DNA of 64,000 bases from positions 56,110,001-56,174,000 of the forward strand of contig NC_043009.1 of assembly GCF_006345805.1 (NCBI RefSeq), given 5' to 3'. The notes beneath the pieces were generated by a model, which had not been told where the DNA came from, did no database searches, and saw only the letters and a list, made by a program, of their open reading frames with translations. The position numbers and the translations under genes are program-made. Shown in pieces: positions 1 to 11,098 of the stretch. Every line of letters starts with the position of its first letter. The stretch's first letter is position 1. Origin of the DNA: Octopus sinensis. Lineage: Eukaryota.

Positions 1-228
1 AAACAAAAGCCTAGCAGTAACTGGTAGTAATACCCACAGAAAAAAATGAGAAGATAATTTCAAGAAACCAAAAACCAATTTCAGAAAATTTGCTTAAAGG
101 AAAATCTGACCTTTGCAGGCATGTTTCTGACTATTTTGACCATATCAGCATAGTATGGCTTACACAAGCCCCTTTTTTTGAGGAGGGTTACAATTTTTTT
201 TAGTCAGTATGAAAAACCTACACAACTC

Positions 229-232
<4 letters not shown>

Positions 233-272
<40 letters not shown>
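233..272. repeat. (TA)n microsatellite
   Basis: Direct reading. Confidence 0.95.
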
Positions 273-275
<3 letters not shown>

Positions 276-506
276 AACTATCTTGATTCTCGAAAGGTAG
301 TAATTGTATTGCCGAAAGGGATCAGTTTATAGCATTGTGCTTTTGGAAGCAGAATAATCTTAGATAATTCTTATCCAATCTATGTCACTATGGAAAAAGC
401 AGATGTAGAAATGATGACAACAATGATCTTGATGGTGATGATAAACTTAATGAGTAAATTTCAGATATTCTAAATTGCACTATAATAATATTTATTTCCT
501 TCACAG

Positions 507-567
507 ATCCATGGGATTTTTTAATTCGGACATCGGAAAAATGTTTTTCTTCTAATGAAGAGAAAAA
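507..567 (+). CDS. Internal exon of unnamed plus-strand gene (DPWDFLIRTSEKCFSSNEEK)
   Basis: Acceptor tttccttcacag|, donor |gtgaga. Only the phase-1 frame is open; it ends in phase 2, matching the downstream exons. Confidence 0.6.
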
Positions 568-2038
568 GTGAGAAGGGAAGGAATGAGGAAGTGAGTGAAA
601 ATGTGTGCAAACATATATGATTCATCATCATCATTTAACGTCTGTTTTCCATGCTAGCATGGGTTGGATGGTTCAACCAGGGTCTGGGAAGCCAAGAGGC
701 TGCACCAGGCTCCAGTCTGATCTGGCAGTGTTTCATAAAAAGCGCAATAGTTTAATGGAGTTGGACAACCCAAAAGAAATTCTCCCATAAGATACAGCTG
801 TAGCGTACTCAACTTAGGTGGTAAAAAACTGGTTGTAGATAATGTAGTGACAGTGGCAAGAGTCTAGAGAAATTTAGAACATAACCTGTATTCCTACAAA
901 CATTAATTTTACTGGTAGAATTTAGTTTTGAATCAGCAATAAAGACATATGAATAGAGTATATTCATCAAGGATAAGTGGGGTAAATAAGACAGAAAATA
1001 GATAAGTATTTCTATGTTAACTTGTTATACTTCAAAATTAAAAGAAGTATTTGTTTTTCTACACAGACTTGTACATACATTGCAAACTATATACAGATGT
1101 GAAGATGATACACATCTAGACAAATAAACTAGACACTCATTATTTATGAGAGAGAGGAAGATACAGTTGAGCCAGCTAGAAAGACAAATATTGTTCACAC
1201 AAAGAAAACAGTTTTAGTTAAAGCCTAAATCTTAACAAAATAACTGTTTTGTTGTAAGCTGATATTTTCATAAGATTACATACATCAACTTTTGAAAGTA
1301 AAATGCAAGGACAAAATCTGTTAAAATCTTTTATGTTAATTTTTCTCTTCAAGCATACAGGTACAAGAATGACTTAAATCTTCAATATTAACTTTTATCC
1401 TTTGGGTTTCTATCTGCAAACATACAGAAGTTGTTGAGACAGCAACTATTTGGCAGTCTGACACTTTAACTGAAGTTCAACTATGTTGACTAACAGAAGC
1501 ATACAAAGTGTCAGGACATCAAATCAGTGTGTATTTCCTTTTCCATTTGAGAGCCTGAGGAAGAGTTACAGAGCAGATAATTTTTTCAACACTTTTGTCG
1601 ACAGTGGGATAGGCAACAAGTTATGTCAGCATAATAATGAGCAATTTTAAGTATCAGAAAGGTACTGTTCATATTGGTGTTGGTGATCTATCATATGGAC
1701 ATGGTTTAAGTTTAGGCACAGTCTAGAATGTGTCTGCATGAATTTGTTCACTGCACACAGATTTTTGACTTATTAAATTACACTGAAGAGTTACTATAAT
1801 ATTTAGGAAAGAAGGGCCTGTAGTAATTATTGCTAAAGAGATAGTATGGCCAGCAAGATTAAGGATGTGACTTTTCTTCTAAGAAGACCAAACCTTCAAC
1901 AAATTCTTCAAGTACCACTTGAAGCATAAAGAAATACTGTACTCCAGTAAATTACATGGAAGGTGAGAGTCAGTAGTAGAGAATATGACCTGGAGGGAAA
2001 GAATCAGTGCATTAATTTTTTTTTTTAACATCTTTTAG

Positions 2039-2091
2039 TCAAGAAAGAAGGCAGTGTTCACGGCCTGTTGCAGCACATTCAAGACTAATGG
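2039..2091 (+). CDS. Candidate internal exon of unnamed gene (QERRQCSRPVAAHSRLM)
   Basis: Long T-tract acceptor tttttaacatcttttag|, donor |gtaaac. Phase 2 to 1, compatible with 507-567 and 2910-2970. Confidence 0.45.
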
Positions 2092-2909
2092 GTAAACAAG
2101 AGGAATATATCTTCAAACCAGTGACCTAACCCAAATGCTTACAACAGAGCTAAAGGCACACAAGGTGCAATGTGGTGGTGTTAAACTAGGTGATGGATTA
2201 AGCCCACCACCCAAATTAAGTGGCAGAAGACAGGAGGCTGAATTAGATGCTAGAAATGCAGATGGTGGCAAAATAATGTGCCAGCTCCAGCATTCGATCC
2301 TCAGAAGAGGAGAGGTTTGTGGTCATGAATGTTGGGTAATGACTGAAAGAATATGATCATGAATACAAGTGATTGGCATGAGGTTCCTCTGAAGGGTCTC
2401 TGAAGTAACACTACTTGACAGAGTGTGAAGCTCAGAAAGCAGGGAGTCTCTCCAGGTTGAATTAATACTTCTCTGCATTTAGAGGTCACAACATTAGTAC
2501 TACAGACATGTGATTTGAGTGTGGCAGAAAAGAACTGTAAGATGGATTCTTGAAGCCAAGCCAACCTGCATAGGGGTTGACCAAAAATGAGAAAGTTGGA
2601 TAATAATCATAGTCTCAGCTGGTCATGTTTAGGAATCCAGCTGGAAAATCTAATGCCAGTTGCTTCTGATAAGACCCTATGGAGGAGGTACCCGAAGACT
2701 CTATCCCCCATGACTCTCCCAGAAATAGTGGGCAGGGATGGATGGAAAGATTAAATCTTTTTTCATCCATGCATGAGATCCAAGCAAAAAGGACATATGC
2801 TCAGAGCAGAGGGTGATTATAGTTTTGAGGTGTCCTCATCTTTTATATTTAGCAGCTTCAAATCTTTATTATTTTTACATAAAATTTCATTTCATATTTA
2901 TTTAAACAG

Positions 2910-2970
2910 AGGATTTGGTCACTACTCAAGTTTCAGTCTCTGCAATCTTTCAGGCATTTAACTCAAAAAA
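2910..2970 (+). CDS. Candidate internal exon of unnamed gene (EDLVTTQVSVSAIFQAFNSK)
   Basis: Acceptor atttatttaaacag|, weak donor |gtcaaa. Phase 1 to 2 completes an open chain into 5448. Confidence 0.4.
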
Positions 2971-5447
2971 GTCAAACGGTTACATTTCATAAAGGAATGT
3001 AACCATCTGAATTTCTGAATTTGCCATTTCAAAGAGCAGTATGTGAAAAAAAAATCACAGCAGCAAAATACTCAGTTTAAATAAGTATCTAAACAAAATA
3101 TACACCATGTATTCAGTACTATCTTCCTCTTTCATTCACAAATTCTTACAATCATCCACACACACACACACACATATGACCACATGCATGGATGTGTGGT
3201 TAAGAAGTGTGCTTCCCAACTTTGCAGTCTCAATTTCAGTCCTACTGTGTGGCAACTTGGGCAGGCGTCTTGTACTATAGACCCAAGGCTGACCATATCC
3301 TTGTCAGTGCATTTGGTGTACAGATACTAAAAAAACATGTTGTGTTCATGTATTGTGTGTGCATGCACATATGTGTTTGTGTTTATGCCTGTGCTTCCTG
3401 AAAAATGGTGAGCTACAGGAATAGCTACCATTTCCCCAATCATAGACCCCTTACTTATTGGTGCCTATTTCCATAGTAACAACCCTAGCTGTTGTGTTAT
3501 CTGTTCATGTCCTGTCACACCACAAGTAGTTTACCTTTTGTTTCCTTGTTTTTACACATCTGTTGCTGTCTGAACCATAGTTTTTGGGGGCTTTTTTTTT
3601 TTTTTGTAATTTAATGTCTCACTACATATGTATTGTTTACATGAACTGAACTACAGCTTGTTTTTCGCAATGCCTCTTCTTCAAATATTTCACATGACTT
3701 CATTAAAACTTCTGTTGTTGAATAATTTGTTGTTGTAATGTTACCATCATTCACAAGATTGCTAGCTTCCAAATCTTGTTTTCTGATTAGGTAAAAATGA
3801 TCAAACTTTAAACCTCTGTAACATTTTTCTAAAAATTTTTTCTGGAAGAACTGAATAACAGTATCAGATTCAATGTGAAAAATTGCATAAATACACCAAA
3901 TTTGAAAATTTTCACTTAATTTTTAAACTTTCAAAAAGTGAAGCCAAACAGAAAAGATCCATGAACAGTTAAGGGTTATCAGTAAGAAGGGCATCAGGTT
4001 GCAAAAGATGCTCAAATAATAGGAGGAAGGGAAGCAGCAGCTATAACACCTAATTATAACAGAGCCCGCTAAAGTAAGTGAGATCTGAAGTGACAGGGTC
4101 ACGAGCAGAACTAACAAGAGTTAACCACTTGACATTGTGTTGAAAGATTATATGAAGGCAGTTTTGGTAGGGGTTTAATTTTTGTCTGCTTATTTGTTGC
4201 TTTTGTTCTTTTCAATACTAATGAGAAGGGTGACTACTTGAATCTCAACATACTCTGTAACAGCTTTGGCTTTAAAGCTGGTGCCTAGTACCATGTCAGC
4301 AGACTCAAAGAACAAAGGCCGTTTTCTAGAATAATGAAATGGAACTTTGCAGGTGAATGATTGCTGTCCTGTCATCACAGTAACTATTCAACCACAAGAG
4401 AGAGACTGATAAAAATACTACCCAAAAAACACTTGTATAAGCGATCATACATACGAAACTAACACACAGACACATAAGTATGCATGCACAAGCAAAGTCT
4501 TCTTTCAGTTTCCATCAACCAAGTTTACTCAGCAAGTTTTGGTTAGCCTCAGCTATAATAGAGGACACTAGCCCATGGCACTGCGCAGTGAGACTGTACT
4601 CAAATCCAAGTGGTTGGCAAGCAAACTTCCCATCTACACAGCTACATCCATGCCTATGACAACCGATTCACCTCATATGAGCATTAACTATTTTGATACC
4701 ACCCCTGGATCTCTGTATAAATGTGATTTAAAAACCTCCCATCAAAATTTCATGAAAATTTATGTTCTAAATATAAATTAATAACAAGTTATTCTAATAA
4801 ATACTTCATTATTTTCTAAATTAATTGAAACAAAGGTAATACATTGCAACAGAAATGTGGTAACAAACAGCCACTAGGTATGTCTTTAATTAAACTGTAC
4901 CAGGTAACATTGCTTTAAACAGAGAAGAATTCCTATTTGACAGGCTTCCTTGTTTTCAAGCACTAAATGGACTGTTTTGATAATATCAAGAATGAATTTC
5001 AAACTATCTGATAATGATTTATTAAAAGAACTGCCACACATCTCAGACATGAAGCACAAGTCAAACAACACTGGTATGTATGAGAGGAAAAGAGAGACAG
5101 ACAGACAGAAAGGGAGGGGTGATCCTTGGCAACTACATAGGTTACCTTATGTAATAGAACAGAAGAGAGAGATAGTAAAAAAACCTTCCTAAAATGTTCT
5201 TAGTAACAGCTTTCTAGACACAATGGTTCAGTTTTAGGACCATGATCTTGGATATTATTGATTCAAGAAAAGTTACTTAAGGTAATTTATATAAATGTAA
5301 ACCTTTCACATGAATAGTGGCATTAGTTGAAACAGCTCACTATATAATACTGCAATGTATAATGACAACAGTAGCAAAAAAAAAAAAAAAGGAAAAAATT
5401 AAAAATAAAAATTCTAACAAAGCAAAGGTTAAAAGAAGCTTTTCTAG

Positions 5448-5495
5448 TCACCCAGAAGAAGTAGGACATAGGTCAGTAGGATTTGTCCAGCAATG
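5448..5495 (+). CDS. Internal exon of unnamed gene (HPEEVGHRSVGFVQQC)
   Basis: Acceptor ttttctag|, consensus donor TG|gtaagt. Phase 2 to 2. Confidence 0.7.
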
Positions 5496-6107
5496 GTAAG
5501 TACTAACACATATGAGTCAAAGAGTAACTAATCATTTGCCTCTCATGCCTTCTTGAGGCTTAAGAACTTGTGAATGTTAAGGAATAGGTTATAAGGAGAC
5601 AATAGATTTACACAAAGACATTCTAAGTGATCTAAGAATAAATGAAAAGCAATAACCCTTTGCCCTAAGCAATAAGGACTGCTTTCAAGTGAGGGCATGA
5701 AAGTGGCTAAGAACATAAGGTGCCGGATGTCAGGGAAATTGGCAGAGATAAGTAGCTAAGAAAAGAGATAAAGAGAAATTAACAGAAGAAAGGAAAAGAA
5801 AAATAAATGCCAGCGTATTCCTTCTCTTCTTATTCACCATCAGCAACACTACCACCACTGCCAGTGCCAATTTCTATACAAGTATTAAAAATGTAACGCT
5901 GACATTAACAATAATATAATATGCGAGACCACAAACCTATCCAAGCTATTCCAGAAAAGGAAACTGGTCAGGTGGTAATCACCAGAGTGGTGTTAATAGC
6001 TATGACAATGGTGGTGGAGCAGGTGGTGGTGATGATGCAAGCAGGGCTATGACAATGGTAATGGTGGTGATAGTAAGAGTTTGCAGTTATTTCTATCTCC
6101 TTGGACT

Positions 6108-6133
6108 TTGTTGTTGTTGTTGTTGTTGTTGTT
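6108..6133. repeat. (TTG)n microsatellite immediately upstream of a splice acceptor
   Basis: Direct reading. A second (TTG)n/(GA)n block lies at ~6272-6322. Confidence 0.95.
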
Positions 6134-6142
6134 AATTCGTAG

Positions 6143-6245
6143 CTATGACACAGAGGCAGCCAATCAAATGTTCTGGCGGCATATTGTACTTTCCACCATG
6201 TTTGGATATGGTCATGACCGAATTGCTTTTGTTGTACCTTCTAAA
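6143..6245 (+). CDS. Internal exon of unnamed gene (YDTEAANQMFWRHIVLSTMFGYGHDRIAFVVPSK)
   Basis: High-complexity coding-like island between microsatellites. Acceptor ttaattcgtag|, donor AAA|gttag. Phase 2 to 0. Confidence 0.8.
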
Positions 6246-6468
6246 GTTAGAGGCTACTACTTGTGTGTATGTTGTTGTTGTTGTGTTGTTGTTGTTGTTA
6301 AGAGAGAGAGAGAGAGAGAGAGGATAACAGGACAAAAAGCAACACTGAGGACTACAGTGAAGGCAATGAAAAGAAAGAGCTGATTGAGGCCATTCACTGA
6401 GGAGTTCAATAGGCAATGATTTAACAGGGTAGAAATAAACTCACAATAGTGATATTTCATAACAACAG

Positions 6469-6581
6469 CTAAACACAGCATATAGAATCCTTGACAATGG
6501 ATCCAGAAAAAAACTGGATTATAAATTTTCAGATGTTTCAACAACAGCCATTATTGAAAATGATGATTTCATTCTTAAACT
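6469..6581 (+). CDS. Internal exon of unnamed gene (LNTAYRILDNGSRKKLDYKFSDVSTTAIIENDDFILKL)
   Basis: Acceptor tttcataacaacag|, donor CT|gtaatt. 37 open codons, phase 0 to 2. Confidence 0.7.
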
Positions 6582-6685
6582 GTAATTTTTAGTCAATTTA
6601 CTTTCTCGAATAACAGTATAAGATAGAAAGTAGGTTGCTTCAGGGAAAGAATTTTTATTTTTCAAACATTAAATTTTTGTTTTAG

Positions 6686-6716
6686 GATAGACTGGGGTGA
6701 TTTGTCAAAAATTCAA
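6686..6716 (+). CDS. Internal exon of unnamed gene (IDWGDLSKIQ)
   Basis: Strong acceptor tttttgttttag|, donor CAA|gtgagg. Phase 2 to 0. Confidence 0.7.
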
Positions 6717-7343
6717 GTGAGGGGAGAAAGATGACAAATTTGTTTGAGATTTTAATTTAATTTTGATGGGAAACTTCAGAAATCAGTCATCCAGTGATTT
6801 TACTTAAAGCAGAATACCACATGAACCATGAACTAATTTGACACAGCAAACTACATTTGTAATACAATTAACAAGATTTATTTTCATAAACTTGCAGTTG
6901 TTCGTTTGCTTTTATTTTTAGTACTTTGTCTAAGCCATGCAGGCTTAGACAAATATATTATTGAGCATGACACCTTAAGAACTGACCAAAGCCTTGTGAG
7001 TAGATTTAATAAACTGAAAGAAGCCCATCTTGTGTGTGTGTGTGTGTGTATGACTTCATATGTTAGAGGATGTTAATACGATTGCAATAATGCTATACAG
7101 ACTTCATGTCACTAACCTACACCTAGTTTTCAAGAACAGGAATTCTTATTCCACATATCTTCAAAGGCACAAAACCACCAAATGTAAACAAACACAAACA
7201 CATCACACATAAGAAGCTTCCCTCAGTTTCCATCTCACAAGACTATGGTCAGGCTGGGAGGTGAAATAAGAAAACTATCTGGCAATGATATTGACCTGTT
7301 TCATGGAATGAAATTATATTTTTAATTTTTCAATCATTTCAAG

Positions 7344-7487
7344 AATGTAAGCTATGCCCAGTCTGGTGTGCACGACCACTTTAAACAAACATTCTTGGCG
7401 ATCTTTGAATTGGCACATACAGAAGGGATTGAAAATATTTTTCAAATCAAACTGAACAATATCAAAAGTTATAATGAATTTGTTTAG
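7344..7487 (+). CDS. Probable last coding exon of unnamed gene (NVSYAQSGVHDHFKQTFLAIFELAHTEGIENIFQIKLNNIKSYNEFV*)
   Basis: Acceptor tttttcaatcatttcaag|, phase 0, 47 open codons to TAG at 7485-7487. The 3' end is uncertain. Confidence 0.7.
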   Translation, partial: NVSYAQSGVHDHFKQTFLAIFELAHTEGIENIFQIKLNNIKSYNEFV

Positions 7488-7614
7488 CAAAGTGGGATTG
7501 AAACTTTAGATATCAACAACTGAACAAAAAAAAAAACAACAAATATATAATACAATAGGCATCAAGGGATTTCTTTCATTTTTAAAAATATTAATGGAAG
7601 TATTTCAGCCTCCA

Positions 7615-7666
<52 letters not shown>

Positions 7667-8932
7667 CATACCTTAGGCACTGGTGCGTAAACAATTTAGT
7701 GTATGTGAGTGCATGCAGATTATGTAAGAGTAATTTTCAATATATTAAAATACCTCAAAAAAACTTGAAGTTATATCAACAATTGTGAAAATGAAAAACA
7801 TTAATAGCTCCTTACCAAAAGCAAAAGAATGTCTTGCATGAAATAACAAGAAATATGAAACAGAAATAGAGACAGGGACACCAGTACTCACTCTCTCTCT
7901 CTCTCTCTCTCTCTCCCACTCACATACACACACACACACTTTATTTGTTTGGGGTTCTGTTGCCATGCTGGCATGGGTTGGACAGAGACTTACTGAGTTA
8001 AAATTTTACAACTGGGTGTTCTTCCTGTTGCACACAGCTTAGTGGAAAACTGGATATGAATGACTGACACTGCTTGTATGACAGTGACATTCATTTACAA
8101 TCATTATATGATGTCAAAAACAAAGAAACACAAACACATACAATGTGCTAATGTGGTTGGAAAATAATTTTACAGACATATTATAAACAAGACAGTGTTA
8201 TGAAGTTCTTACACATGTTAATAATGATATGGCAGATTGGCTGATAAACATTTATTGGTTGCAGAGAAAAGACAAACTCATAACACTATTTTTGTAGCAA
8301 AGAATGGAAATACAAGAAAGCCAAAGACAATTTATTAATGGATCAAGTTTTAAATCAAATGACTTTCACAATGATGCTGTGCACGAAAGCGTGACTTTTG
8401 AAATTCAAGAAAATAACCAAGAAATGTAAATTTGAAACTTTATAGAGAATTTGTTTCTATAAAAACAAGACACAGACTCGGGGAGTATCTTTTTTCAGAG
8501 CAGATTATGGATATGCAAAACAGAGGTGATTAAATCATAAATCAGTCTGATGTAATGAATGGAGTTTCAAATTGCAAATTGAGACATGGTTACACAACCT
8601 GACACTTGGTAGACGCAAGCTGACTAGAATAACATCATGCTGGTTCAATTATACAATTTTCAATATAATCACTCAATGCCAGTTATAATTTAATAAAAAA
8701 TTAGACAGAACTACTAAACTGAGATCAGTAAATACAGACAGAAATTACATGTAACTTTGACACACACACACACACACATCTTATTATTGACTGGAGATCC
8801 TTAAAAATCTTTAGACTCCCACTACTTGCTGGCATCAAGCAATATATGTGGGGTCAATCTTGAGATTCTGTTTCAATAACTAATATCATTATTTACATTT
8901 GACGGATATTTGTCCTCATCTTGTTTGTTGTT

Positions 8933-8978
8933 AACACAACATTTCGACTGATATACTCTCCAGCCTTCTTCAGGTGTC
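8933..8978 (-). ncRNA. Minimal (Penelope-type) hammerhead ribozyme motif, slightly decayed
   Basis: gacac CUGAAGA a GGCUG-gagaguauau-CAGUC GAAA UGU U guguu: stem I gacac/guguu, 5-bp stem II, very short stem III, GUU site. Confidence 0.6.
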
Positions 8979-9037
8979 TTGGGGAAATTTCAAACCTGGG
9001 TTCTCATTCCTAAGATGTTGTTGTTATTATTATTATT

Positions 9038-9251
9038 ATTTCTTTATTGCCCACAAGGGGCTAAACATAGAGGGGACAAACAAAGGGAATAAGTCGATAA
9101 CACCGACCTCAGTGTGTAACTGGTACTTATTTAATCGACCCCGAAAGGATGAAAGGCAAAGTCGACCTCGGCGGAATTTGAACTCAGAACGTAATGGCAG
9201 ACAAAATACCGCTAAGCATTTCGCCCAGTGTGCTAACATTTATGCCAGCTC
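9038..9251 (-). mobile_element. Deu/Nin-domain-like SINE
   Basis: Reverse complement of the 39236-39466 family, with core ctttcatcctttcggggtcgat..aagtaccag. Confidence 0.8.
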
Positions 9252-10710
9252 ATTATTATTATTATTGTTATTGTTCAGGTCACTGCTTGGAATCAAACTC
9301 AGAATCTTGGAGTTAGTAGCCCACGCTCTTAACCACTACGCCATATGCCTGTGGGCATATGGTGTAGTGGTTAATAGCATTGTTATCTAATATCATTGTT
9401 AGCTAAACAAGGATCAATCAGCAAATCATTGTTGCCATCATCATTATTTAACATCTTCTTCTCCATGCTTGCATGGGTCCGATAGAATTTGTTGAGGCAA
9501 GTATTCTATGGCCAAATGACCTTCCTGTTGCCAACCCTCATGCACATGAGTCTTCTTTCAATTTCCAACTCCCAAATCCATTCACAAGACATCGATTAAC
9601 CCAGGGCTATAGTAGAAAACACTTGCCCATGGTACCACATAGTGGGACAGAAAATGGCTGGGAAACAAATTTCTCAACCGCATAGTATAAACATGCCAGT
9701 ATAAAGAGAACATATGATAGAGTGTAAATACTTGGAAAAAGTAGACTAGAACCAAAATCTCTGCATTATATCCATTAAACTATTTGCTTTGGGTAACAAT
9801 CATTTTTTCATGTCAGCACGGACTGGGATTGAAAATTATTTTGAGTCAAAATTTTACAATCAGAATGCCTTTCTATTGCCAAATCTTATCCATTTGCAAA
9901 AATAAGGGATTTCTCCATTCTATAAGTTTTTGAAAGAGCAGTGCAACCAATCATAATGTCAATGAATGAGGAATGCCAGCAGCAGCATCACTTAGCCCAA
10001 GCAGTGACAATATGGAATAGAAGCATGATCACATACGCATGCACACACACACACACACATCCACACATTAGATTTATGATGGGCTTCATACAGTTTCCTT
10101 CTACCAAATTTCCTCATGAGGCACATCAGCCCAGGGCTATAGTAAAAGTCACAACCATGTGGTTGTGAAACAAAACTTCTTAACCACACAGCCATGCTTG
10201 CATCTACATAATCTAACAATAAGCTATTGTACTTAAGTAAATCACAAATAGCTTTTTTTCTTTTTTAAAAAATTCATGCAAATTTAATGAAGTGTTACCA
10301 CTTGTAGCATTATACAACAAAAAAAAAAAATTCAGAAAATGTCACAACACACTAGGATGGTCTTCTAGTAACAATACATTTCTCCAAACTCTGATTATTT
10401 TTTCTTCTATTTGAAAAGAGAAATCTTTCTCAAAATATTATAGAATTATTAAACAACCTACGTAAGGTAATACAGTATCTTTCTTCTTTGTTTTCATTTA
10501 TTGACATCACTTTACATAATTTGTAATCTGCATTGCCGAAAGGTTTTTGTTTATCAAACATTTACATTTTGTCTCATCTTTTGTTTCATGAAGTTCAATC
10601 AAAATGCAGATGTGAGAAACAAAAGACGCACATACTAGGATTCAAAATGTTCTCAAAATTTGATATGTCTTGTCATAAAAATGTTATAATAGGAAGTAAA
10701 TTTATTGTGG

Positions 10711-11098
10711 ACTAGCAGTATCGCCCGGCGTTGCTCGGGTTTGTAAGGGAAATAACTATATAAGCATTTTTAGAGAGTTATAGCCAAAAAATAGCAAAAA
10801 AATGCATTAAAAATTGAAAAAAAATTAAGGCAAATTTTTTTTTTAAATCGTTGACACATCGTAGATATTTTTAGAGAGTTACTTCCCTTATATAAAAGCG
10901 AAAAAAATGCATTAAAATGGAAAAATATGATGGTAAATTTTTTTTAAATCGTAGACTCATGCTAATACCCAGAAGGGCTCGATATGAATCACGACTATAA
11001 GATACCCGCTTTTGGTTAAACTGCACGGCAAAATGTGGGAGTAGTTACGAATCTAAATCGTAGGAGACAGACACACAACTTCACTCTTATATAAAGAT
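10711..11098 (+). mobile_element. Non-autonomous Helitron/Helentron-like element
   Basis: 5' actagcagtatcgcccggcgttgctcggg with short inverted repeat; 3' gacagacacacaacttcactcttatataaagat. CpG-rich relative to its flanks. Confidence 0.6.

Larger units (their letters stand above)
8880..9353 (-). mobile_element. Composite tRNA-headed SINE-like element with hammerhead-bearing 3' module, interrupted by a Deu/Nin-like SINE
   Basis: Minus-strand order: tRNA-like head (A box TGGCGTAGTGG, decayed B box GAGTTTGATTCC, ~9353-9260), AAT/AAC repeats, inserted SINE, AAT/AAC repeats, then a tail containing CTGAAGA...GAAA. Confidence 0.55.

Noticed and set aside
39-118. Possible further upstream exon of the unnamed gene ending in a GC donor
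   Set aside because: It ends in phase 2, but exon 507 requires phase 1.
9260-9353. tRNA gene
   Set aside because: Decayed B box and no full cloverleaf; it is a SINE head.
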